A DNA stretch of 64,000 nt from Patescibacteria group bacterium (GTDB taxonomy: Bacteria > Patescibacteriota > Microgenomatia > UBA12405): assembly GCA_018902845.1 (NCBI GenBank), contig JAHIPV010000017.1, positions 16,438 through 80,437 of the forward strand. Direction: 5' to 3'. Positions within the stretch are counted from its first letter, which is position 1, and every line of letters starts with the position of its first letter. This document shows, one piece after another, positions 36,284 through 45,766 of the stretch. Both the position numbers and the translations under genes were made by a program. The notes under the pieces were generated by a model that saw nothing but the letters and a program-made list of their open reading frames with translations, did not search any database and had not been told where the DNA came from.

Positions 36284-37225
36284 ATGAAATTTAATATAAA
36301 AAAAATATCCTTTGTGATACCTCTCTACAATGAAGAAGAAAGTTTAAAACAACTTCACAAAGAGATTGTCGCAGTAGTCAAAAAACTTAAATTTGATTAT
36401 GAAATAATTTTTATAAATGATGGTTCTACCGACAACACACAAAAAGAATTAGAGAAATTAGACAATGTTAAAATTGTCACTCTTAGACGCTCCTATGGAC
36501 AAACCGCAGGGATAGACGCAGGAATTAAAAATTCAAAAGGTGATGTAATTGTAACCATGGATGGTGATGGACAAAACAATCCTGCAGATGTACCAAAACT
36601 AATTAAAAAGCTACAAAGATGGGATGTTGTAGTTGGTTGGAGAAAAAGAAGAAAAGATCCTACATTAAAAAAGTTTTTTTCTTTCGGAGCACGAAAACTA
36701 AGGAAAATAATTTTTAAAGACGGCATTCATGACGCAGGATGTGGATTAAAAGTTTTCAAAAGAGAATGTTTTGATAATTTAGATTTATATGGAGAAATGC
36801 ACAGGTTCATTCATATTATTTTAAAATCAAGAGGCTTTAAGGTTACCGAAGTTATTGTGGATCACAGGCCAAGACTAAAAGGGAAAACAAAATATAACTG
36901 GACAAGAACAATCAAGTCTTTGGTTGACATGTTAACTATTCTTTTTTGGAGAAGATTTGCAAACAGACCGTTGCATGTATTTGGAACATTTGGTTTTTTG
37001 CTAACCACTGTTGGTATTTTTGGCATAGTCGGTATTGTTGTTAATCATTTTTTATTTTTCAACCTGCCCTATGAAACCATGCTACTTGTTATTTTTTCCA
37101 CAATTGTCTTGGCGGGAATTCAACTGTTCGTATCGGGGATAATAACAGACATTTGTGTAAAAAATTTTTTTTCAACATCTTCCGAAAGACCTTATTACAT
37201 ATCATCTATAAAAAGTAAAACATGA
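36284..37225 (+). CDS. Polyprenyl-phosphate sugar synthase-type GT2 (DPM1/ArnC/GtrB-like)
   Basis: 'FVIPLYNEEESL', 'FINDGSTDNT', 'MDGDGQNNPADVPKLI', two C-terminal TM helices. Confidence 0.8.
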   Translation: MKFNIKKISFVIPLYNEEESLKQLHKEIVAVVKKLKFDYEIIFINDGSTDNTQKELEKLDNVKIVTLRRSYGQTAGIDAGIKNSKGDVIVTMDGDGQNNPADVPKLIKKLQRWDVVVGWRKRRKDPTLKKFFSFGARKLRKIIFKDGIHDAGCGLKVFKRECFDNLDLYGEMHRFIHIILKSRGFKVTEVIVDHRPRLKGKTKYNWTRTIKSLVDMLTILFWRRFANRPLHVFGTFGFLLTTVGIFGIVGIVVNHFLFFNLPYETMLLVIFSTIVLAGIQLFVSGIITDICVKNFFSTSSERPYYISSIKSKT

Positions 37226-37503
37226 ATAAACAATTTAACATTAATGCCATAGACTGGTGGATAATTTTTGGTTTTTGTGCTCAGTTTGTTTTTTTTCTAC
37301 GTTTTGTGGTGCAATGGTGGGCTTCTGAAAAAGCTAAAAAGACAGTTATACCTAAACTTTTTTGGTATTTAAGTATGATGGGTACTTTAATGATTTTGAT
37401 TTATTCAATAAAAAGAAAAGACATTGTTTTTATCGTTGCTTCATGTCTAAACATTCTTCTTTATTTGAGAAATTTAATTATTGCCAAAAAACACAAAAAT
37501 TAA
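37222..37503 (+). CDS. Small two-TM membrane protein, LAB_N ('lipid A biosynthesis N-terminal domain')-like
   Basis: 93 aa with two hydrophobic helices. Translationally coupled to the ArnC-like GT2, as often seen for LAB_N proteins. Confidence 0.45.
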   Translation: MNKQFNINAIDWWIIFGFCAQFVFFLRFVVQWWASEKAKKTVIPKLFWYLSMMGTLMILIYSIKRKDIVFIVASCLNILLYLRNLIIAKKHKN

Positions 37504-37506
37504 AGT

Positions 37507-39048
37507 ATGAAAATTATGAACAAAGTAAACTTTAAAGTTGCCACATTAATAATTGCCACTCTGGTTTGGTTAATAGCTTTTTCTTATTACTATTCAACCG
37601 GCAACCTGCTTGCTTATGGAGATGCCAGCACACACCTGAATATTTCAAGAAGGGTAATTGACAATGTAAGTCCCGGTCTGGCTCAACTAGGTGGTATATG
37701 GTTACCATTTCTTCATGTTTTGATGCTTCCGTTAATAGGTGTAAATTTTTTATGGAAATCTGGCCTAGCTGGTTCTTTGATAGGATTTTTTGCTTTTATT
37801 TTTTCCATCTATTTTTTATACAAAACAGGACGAGAAATACTACCAAATATTCATTCAAGTGGATTTATTGCTTCTTTGATTTATATTTTGAATCCCAACA
37901 TATTGTACATGTCAACCATTGCCATGACGGAGGTTTTGTACATAGCTACCGTTACAGCGTCTTTTTATTTTTACTTAAGGTGGATAAAACAGTCGAAATC
38001 AACAGACTTAATTGCCTCATCATTTTTTATTTTATTGACTACATTAACTCGTTACGAAAGTTGGTTTTTATCTTTAGGTTTAGCAATTGGCGTATTTATA
38101 ATATCCTTAATCAAATCAAAAAAAATAAATCAATCAGAAGGCCCTTTTTTCCTTTTTGGTACAGTTGCCTTATTGGGTATTGCTGGATGGTTAGTGTGGA
38201 ATCTGATAATTTTTGGCGATCCGATATATTTTTTACATAGTATTTATTCATCAAAATACCAAACATTGGCTGTTCTTACAGAGGCAGACATGGTTTCATA
38301 TAAAAACCTCTACATGTCAGCTTTAACATATTTTTGGTCAATATACGAAAATGCCGGAGGATCTTTAGCCTTTTTTGGTATCTTTTCTATATTTTTTTTA
38401 ATATACAAAGCAATCTTTAAAAGATCAGAAATCCAAAAAATCTTTCTTGTTTTTGCATTGATAGCTTCCATACCATGTTTTTTTCTTATTTACGCAGTTT
38501 ATAGTGGAAACGCACCAATACACGTTCTCCAGTTAACCGACAGTACTTTCAATATCAGATTCGGTATGTTTATGATTCCCTCGTTGACTTTTATGATCTT
38601 ATTCATGATTTCAATGATAAAAAGGAAACAAGAGGTAATTACGTTGATTTTCGTTTTGCAATTAGTCTTTTTTTCAAGAACCTTTTTTCACCCTATTACA
38701 CTAAAAGCGGCGGTCGCCGAAATTAATTCCGAATCTATTAATTTGGCTAATTGGATAAAAAAAAATCATGAAACCGGGAAAATACTAGTTTCCTCAGCAG
38801 TTGGAAACCAAGTTATATTTAATTCTGGTTTAAATTATTCTAATTTTGTCACAGACGGCTCTTTTGATATTTTAGAGGCCACATTAAAAGAACCAACAAA
38901 CCATGTTAAGTATATAATTTCTACCAAACAAGAAAGAGATAAAAAAAGAGATATCGTCAACATAGAGATAACAAAAAACATAAATTTTCTTAATAGATAC
39001 GATCTTGTATATGAAAACGATAAATACCAAGTTTATATACGTCAATAA
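37507..39048 (+). CDS. GT-C-fold membrane glycosyltransferase (PMT/ArnT-like), paralog 1
   Basis: Twelve or more TM helices. Conserved loop-1 motif 'AYGDASTHLNISRRVIDNVSPGLAQLG', shared with the next gene. Confidence 0.5.
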   Translation: MKIMNKVNFKVATLIIATLVWLIAFSYYYSTGNLLAYGDASTHLNISRRVIDNVSPGLAQLGGIWLPFLHVLMLPLIGVNFLWKSGLAGSLIGFFAFIFSIYFLYKTGREILPNIHSSGFIASLIYILNPNILYMSTIAMTEVLYIATVTASFYFYLRWIKQSKSTDLIASSFFILLTTLTRYESWFLSLGLAIGVFIISLIKSKKINQSEGPFFLFGTVALLGIAGWLVWNLIIFGDPIYFLHSIYSSKYQTLAVLTEADMVSYKNLYMSALTYFWSIYENAGGSLAFFGIFSIFFLIYKAIFKRSEIQKIFLVFALIASIPCFFLIYAVYSGNAPIHVLQLTDSTFNIRFGMFMIPSLTFMILFMISMIKRKQEVITLIFVLQLVFFSRTFFHPITLKAAVAEINSESINLANWIKKNHETGKILVSSAVGNQVIFNSGLNYSNFVTDGSFDILEATLKEPTNHVKYIISTKQERDKKRDIVNIEITKNINFLNRYDLVYENDKYQVYIRQ

Positions 39049-39167
39049 TTGAGAATCCAAACAAATTCAAAAACCGATTCAGAAACGGAAAATAATTAAG
39101 CTTTATAAAGTATAATCAAGGTAAGTTATCGGACAGTTTGTTTATTTCCATTTTATAAAAAATTATC

Positions 39168-40691
39168 ATGGTTAAAAGTAAAAACACATCAGTAAAATCT
39201 GTTTTTATTTTTGCTACTGTTTTATCAATAATCGCTTGGATTATTTCTTATCGATCGGGCTTTGTACTCACCTATAACGACGCCGCTTCGCATTTGAATA
39301 TTGCAAGGCGGGTAATTGACAACTTAACACCTGGTATTGCCCAAATCGGCACTGTCTGGTTGCCTTTACCTCATTTACTCATGTTGCCGTTGGTCCAAAG
39401 CACTTTTCTTTGGCATACCGCCATAGCCGGAAGTCTTGTTTCCATGGGGGCCTTTATCATAAGCGTTGTATTTATTTATAAGCTCATTTATCTGGTTGGC
39501 AAACACAGATACGGAGCAATTTTAGGCACCTTGGCCATGGCCTTAAATCCCAATTTTCTTTATCTCCAAAGTACTCCAATGACAGAACCGTTATTTTTGG
39601 CTACCTTGATAGTGTCTGTTTATTATCTAGCTAAATATGTTCAAAACAAAAAAATTCTCGACTTAGTATTGACCGGAACATTTGTAATGATGACAACTTT
39701 AGTTAGATATGATGGCTGGTTTTTATTTGTTTATTTACTCGCCTTATTGCCTGTTTGGGGTTATTTTACACTTGGCAAAAAACGAACTGAAGGTATTTTT
39801 TTCTTGTTTGCCAGTATTGGAGGTTTTGGCATTTTACTTTGGCTATTATGGAACTGGGCTATTTTCAGCGATCCCATTTATTTTATGACTGGACCTTATT
39901 CTGCCCACGCCCAGCAGGAAGTTTTACAAAGCGTAGGACAGTTGCCAACTAAAGGCAATCTTTTTACCGCCTCTTCTTATTTTGTTTGGTCAATTATTGC
40001 CAACAATGGAATTGTTTTAACTTTAACCGGAGGGATCGGAATATTAGCAACACTCCTTATTTTAAAAAAGAAAAAGCAAATACTTAGTCTTTTGGCTATT
40101 TCTTCTCCTCTTCTTTTTAATATACTGGCTTTATATATGGGGCATTCAGCCATGAATGTGCCTCAAGCCACTCTTAATCCAGGTTATTTTAATATTCGCT
40201 ATGGACTGCTTGTGTTGCCTGTAATTGCTTTTGTAGTTGGCATATTGGCTTCCGTCAAGCCTTTTGGTTGGATAATGTTTGGTTTAATCACAATTCAAAC
40301 ATTATTATTCATTCCTCAAGGCAAACCGGTTGTTTTAATTGATGGTCTTAGAGGATTAAAAAATACATACCATACTGTTGAAGCCAGTCAGTGGTTGGCA
40401 GAAAATTACCAAAAAGGATTGATACTTACCAGCCTAGCTTCTCACGATGCTTTTGTAGCCAGAACAGGCCTACCGATGAAACTTTATATTCACGAAGGCA
40501 CCAGAGAGCATTGGCAGGAAGCTTTAAAAATGCCATCAAAAAAGGTCTCTTATATTGCCCTAATTTCTTATCCGCCTGATGTTGTTTACAAAGCGTTGGA
40601 AAACAATTCGGATTTCAAGAAAAATTATAAATTAGTACACAGCTATGGAACTTTTGAGATATATGAATTGCAAAATGAAAAAAATAATTAA
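39168..40691 (+). CDS. GT-C-fold membrane glycosyltransferase (PMT/ArnT-like), paralog 2
   Basis: 'TYNDAASHLNIARRVIDNLTPGIAQIG' and a colinear TM topology. A tandem duplicate of 37507-39048. Confidence 0.5.
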   Translation: MVKSKNTSVKSVFIFATVLSIIAWIISYRSGFVLTYNDAASHLNIARRVIDNLTPGIAQIGTVWLPLPHLLMLPLVQSTFLWHTAIAGSLVSMGAFIISVVFIYKLIYLVGKHRYGAILGTLAMALNPNFLYLQSTPMTEPLFLATLIVSVYYLAKYVQNKKILDLVLTGTFVMMTTLVRYDGWFLFVYLLALLPVWGYFTLGKKRTEGIFFLFASIGGFGILLWLLWNWAIFSDPIYFMTGPYSAHAQQEVLQSVGQLPTKGNLFTASSYFVWSIIANNGIVLTLTGGIGILATLLILKKKKQILSLLAISSPLLFNILALYMGHSAMNVPQATLNPGYFNIRYGLLVLPVIAFVVGILASVKPFGWIMFGLITIQTLLFIPQGKPVVLIDGLRGLKNTYHTVEASQWLAENYQKGLILTSLASHDAFVARTGLPMKLYIHEGTREHWQEALKMPSKKVSYIALISYPPDVVYKALENNSDFKKNYKLVHSYGTFEIYELQNEKNN

Positions 40692-41934
40692 GTTATTTAC
40701 TTATATTGTTGTGGTTTTTTCTTTTTTTCTTGGTCCTAACTTTACCTATGCTTCTAACACACATCCCGAACTTTGGCCTGTTCGTTCTATAGACACAATG
40801 AAAACATCACGAGACAAAGCGCGGGCTGAATTAAACAATCCCGATTTTGATACTCAAATAGAAAAAGAACTCACACTTATAAAAGAAATAGGGGCAAATT
40901 ATGTGGCCATAGATACTCCATACGACAAAGAATTTCTTCCCTTTTTAAAAAGATGGATAAGTTTAGCCCGCAAAATGGGGCTAAAAGTTTGGTTTCGCGG
41001 CAATTGGTCCAATTGGGAAGGCTGGTTTGAATATGAAAAAAACATGACTCCACAGGAACACATTAGAAAAACAGTTGAGTTTATAGAAACCAATCCGGAT
41101 TTATTTGAAGATGGCGACGCCTTTGATCCTTGTCCGGAATGCGAAAATTCGGGGTGGTGGAAACAGCCTCAAGATGACGAAAAATATAATCAATTTATTC
41201 AGAATCAGCGTATAGCGGTAAAAACATCTTTTTCCAAAATAAAAAAAGATGTACATAGCAACTGGTTTTCCATTATTGGAGGTCGTGCCAAGGAAGTATT
41301 AAACAAAAAAACATTTAAAACATTAGACAATCTGGTCACTATTGATCATTACATTAAAGATCCTTTGGGAATGGGTGAATACATTGATTACTTTTCTCAA
41401 AACTTTGACACAAAAGTATTGCTTGGAGAATTCGGCGCTCCTATTCCAGACATCAACGGAGACATGGATGAAACAGAACAAGCAGAATTTATAAATCAAC
41501 TTTTTATACAATTTTATAAACATAAAGATAATGTGCTGGGGATGAACTACTGGGTAATTACCGATGGAACAACTAGTTTGCTTAACAGTGACGGTACAAC
41601 CCGTCAGGCATTTGAAATAATTAAAAATTACTATATTCCAGGTGTCATCAAAGGAACAATTAAAAACACACTAGGTGATCGGTTGAAAAACATATCAATC
41701 AAAACCAGCGATGGGTTAAACAGCGCTATTACAGACCGCAAAGGAAGTTACAAAATGATTGTCCCAGCCGGTGATACCACTATTTTAATTAACCAATCAA
41801 AATACGATCAAGCAACAGACAAAATCACTATTTCCCACGGAAGCGAAATCACCAAAGACATCATTCTAACTCCAAAAACCCCGTCGATTCTCTACAAACT
41901 CCGCCTTTTTTTAAAGAAAAAATTTAATCTATAA
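40645..41934 (+). CDS. Secreted TIM-barrel glycoside-hydrolase-like protein with a C-terminal beta-sandwich domain
   Basis: Signal peptide. 'GANYVAIDTPYDKEF...GLKVWFRGNWSNWEGW' resembles GH5/GH113-type barrels. The C-terminal 'GVIKGTIKN...DGLNSAITDRKGSYKMIVPAGD' is CarboxypepD_reg-like. Confidence 0.4.
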   Translation: MELLRYMNCKMKKIIKLFTYIVVVFSFFLGPNFTYASNTHPELWPVRSIDTMKTSRDKARAELNNPDFDTQIEKELTLIKEIGANYVAIDTPYDKEFLPFLKRWISLARKMGLKVWFRGNWSNWEGWFEYEKNMTPQEHIRKTVEFIETNPDLFEDGDAFDPCPECENSGWWKQPQDDEKYNQFIQNQRIAVKTSFSKIKKDVHSNWFSIIGGRAKEVLNKKTFKTLDNLVTIDHYIKDPLGMGEYIDYFSQNFDTKVLLGEFGAPIPDINGDMDETEQAEFINQLFIQFYKHKDNVLGMNYWVITDGTTSLLNSDGTTRQAFEIIKNYYIPGVIKGTIKNTLGDRLKNISIKTSDGLNSAITDRKGSYKMIVPAGDTTILINQSKYDQATDKITISHGSEITKDIILTPKTPSILYKLRLFLKKKFNL

Positions 41935-41983
41935 AAATAAGAAATAATAGGCAATATTATATCAACAGAAGCCTAGAGAGATC

Positions 41984-42277
41984 TTAGAAGCCTTTTAAAA
42001 AGTCCGAAAGGGTTAATCCAAGAACATGTGCAAGTCTCCAGACAGTGTGAAGACTAGGTGAATAATAACCTTGTTCAATCTTGTTTACATATGTCCGATA
42101 ATAACCTGCATTTAAAGATAGATTTTCTTGGCTAATTCCTCTCTTTTCTCTAATCTTTCTTAAATATTTGCCAAACTCTATACCAAATCGCCCTTTTTCA
42201 GTTTTTCTGTCTTTTTGTGTATCAATAGTGGATGGTTTCACATCTTTATTACAAGACAACCACAACAGTAATACCAC
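41984..42277 (-). CDS. XRE-family HTH transcriptional regulator
   Basis: 'EFGKYLRKIREKRGISQENLSLNAGYYRTYVNKIEQG' is a canonical Cro/C1 HTH. Confidence 0.7.
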   Translation of the reverse strand: MVLLLWLSCNKDVKPSTIDTQKDRKTEKGRFGIEFGKYLRKIREKRGISQENLSLNAGYYRTYVNKIEQGYYSPSLHTVWRLAHVLGLTLSDFLKGF

Positions 42278-42295
42278 GCACTAGTATGGTAGTAA

Positions 42296-43738
42296 GTGGT
42301 AAAATATGAAATGAGAAGCAGGGTTGACCAACTAGTTTTAGCCAGAAGGATTATTTTCTTAGTTGTATTGTTGGTTTTAGCTATACCTTATGGACAGATC
42401 GCGAGAGCTGAAGAAGTTATTTATAACTTTAAAATTACGGCGACAAACCCCACAAACGGCGAAAACAGTGTTCCAACTAATTTAAAGGATGGTAACTGCC
42501 AAAACCAGTATTGTGCCTTAATGGTTGGCCTAGGAAACTCAGATAAAAGCCCAATGGGGCATGGTTATCCGTTTTTAGTACCGGATTCAATTAATACTTC
42601 AACCATTCAAATTACTGGGTCTAACAACCCGTCTCAAATAAAGGTTATGGGAGAATCAGAAGGAGGAGGCGATGATAGCTTTTACCATTCAAACGCCCTG
42701 TTTCTATTTAACTCATTGGGTAATCTTTATTATCTTGAGCCAAATTCAACTTATTCGGTAACCTTTAAAGGAGGAACGAGTGGGGTAAAGGCCCAATATG
42801 ATTATGGTGAATATTTTGCGTATTTAGATCAAGATTATACTTTTAGTTTTACGACAGGAAACGGACCGTCAAGAACAAACGAAGATTATCCTACACTAAC
42901 GGCGAGACCAACACTAACACCAAGCGTTTCCTTAAAGAATGATTCTGTAGAAGTTAGGCTAACTTCTACTCCAATACCCATGTTAATTGATAAAAAAGAT
43001 AATATTCCCACGACAAGTAAACTCACCGTTACTTCCAGTGCTTCACCGACAATCTCTATTCCCGCAAAAAAGGAAGATGACATTACTGTTACTTCGGATG
43101 ATTTTAAAAGTTCTAGCAAAATAACATTTTGGCAAAGAATAAAAAATTATTGGACCAATTTTATAAATAAGTTGTTTAAAAAAACTAAAAAAAAAGAAGT
43201 AACAATAAAAAACATTGCCCCTGCGCCTTCTGTGATTCAAGGGACACCAACGCTAATACCAGCGAATACGATAGCCCCTCTTCCTACAAAGAAACCCTTA
43301 CCCACAATCAATACTAAACCTCTGTCTATTATTAATGAAAATGTACTTAAAAACGAATTTGGAATAAGTGATTTGGGTGTAATTGCGTCCATTCTTGATA
43401 GCTCTGAACAACTTGAAAAATACGAGAGAGAATATTATCAAAAAAATAAAAAATGGCCAAAGCAAGAGTCAACAAATCAAAAATTAAGAATATTTATCCC
43501 TAGTATCAATGCTACAAAAACATGTCAAGGAAGTAATGTTGTTGAGGTTAAGAACGCATCTATAGGTGTAGACAATGCAAAGGTTAAGAGGGATGAATGT
43601 TTTCGTAACGGAGGTGAAAAAAAAGAAGGAATGAGTTTGGATGAACAAATTGCCAGTTTTCAAAAAGGCTGTTATCAAAAAGATTACTCGGTAGCAAAAG
43701 ACACACTAGATGAATTATTAAGTAAATATTGCCGATAA
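42296..43738 (+). CDS. Hypothetical secreted protein with a Thr/Pro-rich linker
   Basis: N-terminal TM/signal segment, T/P/S-rich middle, Cys-containing C-terminal domain. No known domain recognised. Confidence 0.3.
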   Translation: MVKYEMRSRVDQLVLARRIIFLVVLLVLAIPYGQIARAEEVIYNFKITATNPTNGENSVPTNLKDGNCQNQYCALMVGLGNSDKSPMGHGYPFLVPDSINTSTIQITGSNNPSQIKVMGESEGGGDDSFYHSNALFLFNSLGNLYYLEPNSTYSVTFKGGTSGVKAQYDYGEYFAYLDQDYTFSFTTGNGPSRTNEDYPTLTARPTLTPSVSLKNDSVEVRLTSTPIPMLIDKKDNIPTTSKLTVTSSASPTISIPAKKEDDITVTSDDFKSSSKITFWQRIKNYWTNFINKLFKKTKKKEVTIKNIAPAPSVIQGTPTLIPANTIAPLPTKKPLPTINTKPLSIINENVLKNEFGISDLGVIASILDSSEQLEKYEREYYQKNKKWPKQESTNQKLRIFIPSINATKTCQGSNVVEVKNASIGVDNAKVKRDECFRNGGEKKEGMSLDEQIASFQKGCYQKDYSVAKDTLDELLSKYCR

Positions 43739-43770
43739 ACAAATGACATCAAAAAGTATCAAATCCAAAA

Positions 43771-44472
43771 ATGAATAAATTAAAAAACATTGCCAAGTGG
43801 ATTCTATTCTTACCTATTAGCCAATTATTATTTTTCCTAGTGTATATCATGCTTTCGTATGGATATATGGTCGTCTGGGAATTCATAAAAAATCAAAACT
43901 TTGTAATTTTGATCCTTCTACTTCCCGCAATTATTTCGGCAGTTGTATCAATTACCTTTTATTTAAACCTTTTTTCTGCCTTTATTACAGAATTAATCTC
44001 TCCTAACAAAACAACTTACTTTTTATCTTTTGGTCTTTTAGTTTTTCGTCGCTTGAAAACAACAATCACCTATTCTCCAGTAGCCACAACCACCGACAAT
44101 GCTCGCATAATAGATATGCCTATGCCAATGCTACTAATTGTCTACTCGGCTCAGTTATTAATAGTTCTAATTTATGGTCTCTTTAAATATCACAATAAAA
44201 GCGACTCAGACTCCAAAAAGCCAATTTTAACCATACCCGCAAACGATCCTACTAAGAAAAATATAGGTGAACACAATAAAAATATTCTCATAAAACATAA
44301 GCCCCAACCATACAACCCGATAGAGTTCCCGACACTGGTAAAGTACAACGACCAGCAGATCGAGGACGCAATCCAGAAATTGATGAAAGAACACGGCATG
44401 ACGAGACACCAGTGTCTGGTGAATCTGGAGCAGGACTTAAGCGAGATAGAGGCAAGAGCGACAGGGAAGTAG
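43771..44472 (+). CDS. Hypothetical polytopic membrane protein
   Basis: Four or more hydrophobic helices and a charged C-terminal tail. Confidence 0.3.
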   Translation: MNKLKNIAKWILFLPISQLLFFLVYIMLSYGYMVVWEFIKNQNFVILILLLPAIISAVVSITFYLNLFSAFITELISPNKTTYFLSFGLLVFRRLKTTITYSPVATTTDNARIIDMPMPMLLIVYSAQLLIVLIYGLFKYHNKSDSDSKKPILTIPANDPTKKNIGEHNKNILIKHKPQPYNPIEFPTLVKYNDQQIEDAIQKLMKEHGMTRHQCLVNLEQDLSEIEARATGK

Positions 44473-44488
44473 GTATAATAAGTATAAA

Positions 44489-45094
44489 ATGAAAAAAAAT
44501 ATTTTATTTAAAATTCCAATTTTATTAATTGGTTTGTTTGTTGGTTACAATTTAAGAACCAAGCAGGTAATTAAAACTAAAGGATCAGTAATATCTAAAT
44601 CAGTTTGTGATGAAGTAATGAAAAGGGTAGTTTTAGATCCTGTTAAAAAATATGAAGGTAAACCTGCTAAGGTAGACTTTTCAACCGATGATTTTGCGGC
44701 ACAGTTTCATACTGCGATTACAAATCAAGTTGCTTTAGGTCCAAACTTTGCCGGACACTATACTTTTGCAACATGGGGATGTGGAACAAGTTGTTTAAGT
44801 TATGCAATTGTAGATTCCATATCTGGAAAAATAGTTTTATCTGATGGTGCTCTTGAAGAAGAGCACCTTACACCGCATTTTGATATTAATAGTCGGTTAT
44901 TAGTATTTAATTCTAAAGATGACTTTGAGCAATATAAGGGTAAAAATATTAACGAGATTCTTGATAAAGACAGGTTTGATTTTGATGGTTTAAGCCGAAC
45001 ATATTATGAACTTGTGGATGAAGGAAATTGGGATAGGGTTTGGTTAAATAAAATATGCACTGAAAGTGTCCTAGATGGAATCTATAATTATTAA
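44489..45094 (+). CDS. Hypothetical secreted/anchored protein
   Basis: N-terminal hydrophobic segment. No recognised domain. Confidence 0.3.
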   Translation: MKKNILFKIPILLIGLFVGYNLRTKQVIKTKGSVISKSVCDEVMKRVVLDPVKKYEGKPAKVDFSTDDFAAQFHTAITNQVALGPNFAGHYTFATWGCGTSCLSYAIVDSISGKIVLSDGALEEEHLTPHFDINSRLLVFNSKDDFEQYKGKNINEILDKDRFDFDGLSRTYYELVDEGNWDRVWLNKICTESVLDGIYNY

Positions 45095-45698
45095 TATCTT
45101 GGTAAGTCAAATAACAAAAAATGAAAAAAACAAAATTTATTTAGCAGTAGTCTCAATATTAGTTATAGTTGGATTATTTTTATTTAAATACAAAAACAAC
45201 AACAAAGTTATTGTTGACCAAATTCAAACCAATACCCCAGAAGAGCCGGTACCGACAAAGACAAAACCAATCGTATTTACCCAAGAACAATTAGATGAGT
45301 ACTATCAAACAACTAAAAATCCATATGTACTTCATATCAGAAAAGTCTTGGATGGTTATTTAAATGGCAAAAATATTGGGATGGCTTCTCCAGAACTTGT
45401 TATTGAAACGCACAAAGTAGAGGAATATACGGCTGGATTATCTTCAATTGACAAAGAATACTACAAGAGTAAATTTATTGTATTTTCAATGAATGACAGT
45501 ATTGCAGGTGGAGTAGAGGTCTCAATTATATTTCAAGATAAACCAGATAAACTATTTACAGTTTGGGTGTATCAATTAGCTGGTGGTGAATATGATTTTC
45601 GGTCAATAAGAGATAATCCCAAATTCACTTTAGAAAAAATGAAAGAAATACAGATATTGTACAAAACTATCCTTGAAGACGAGGTTCATTCAATTTAA
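45075..45698 (+). CDS. Hypothetical membrane-anchored protein
   Basis: N-terminal TM. Overlaps the upstream gene by 20 nt. Confidence 0.3.
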   Translation: MESIIINILVSQITKNEKNKIYLAVVSILVIVGLFLFKYKNNNKVIVDQIQTNTPEEPVPTKTKPIVFTQEQLDEYYQTTKNPYVLHIRKVLDGYLNGKNIGMASPELVIETHKVEEYTAGLSSIDKEYYKSKFIVFSMNDSIAGGVEVSIIFQDKPDKLFTVWVYQLAGGEYDFRSIRDNPKFTLEKMKEIQILYKTILEDEVHSI

Positions 45699-45766
45699 AT
45701 TCACACACAAAGGTCCTAACTTCTCCAGGACACTAGAACACGGCTAGATTTGGAATAAATAAATCT

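Noticed and set aside
37698-38240. 180-aa plus-strand ORF in an alternate frame of the first GT-C gene
   Set aside because: Phe/Cys-rich low-complexity translation of a T-rich membrane-protein gene, fully nested in a longer ORF with a paralog-confirmed frame.
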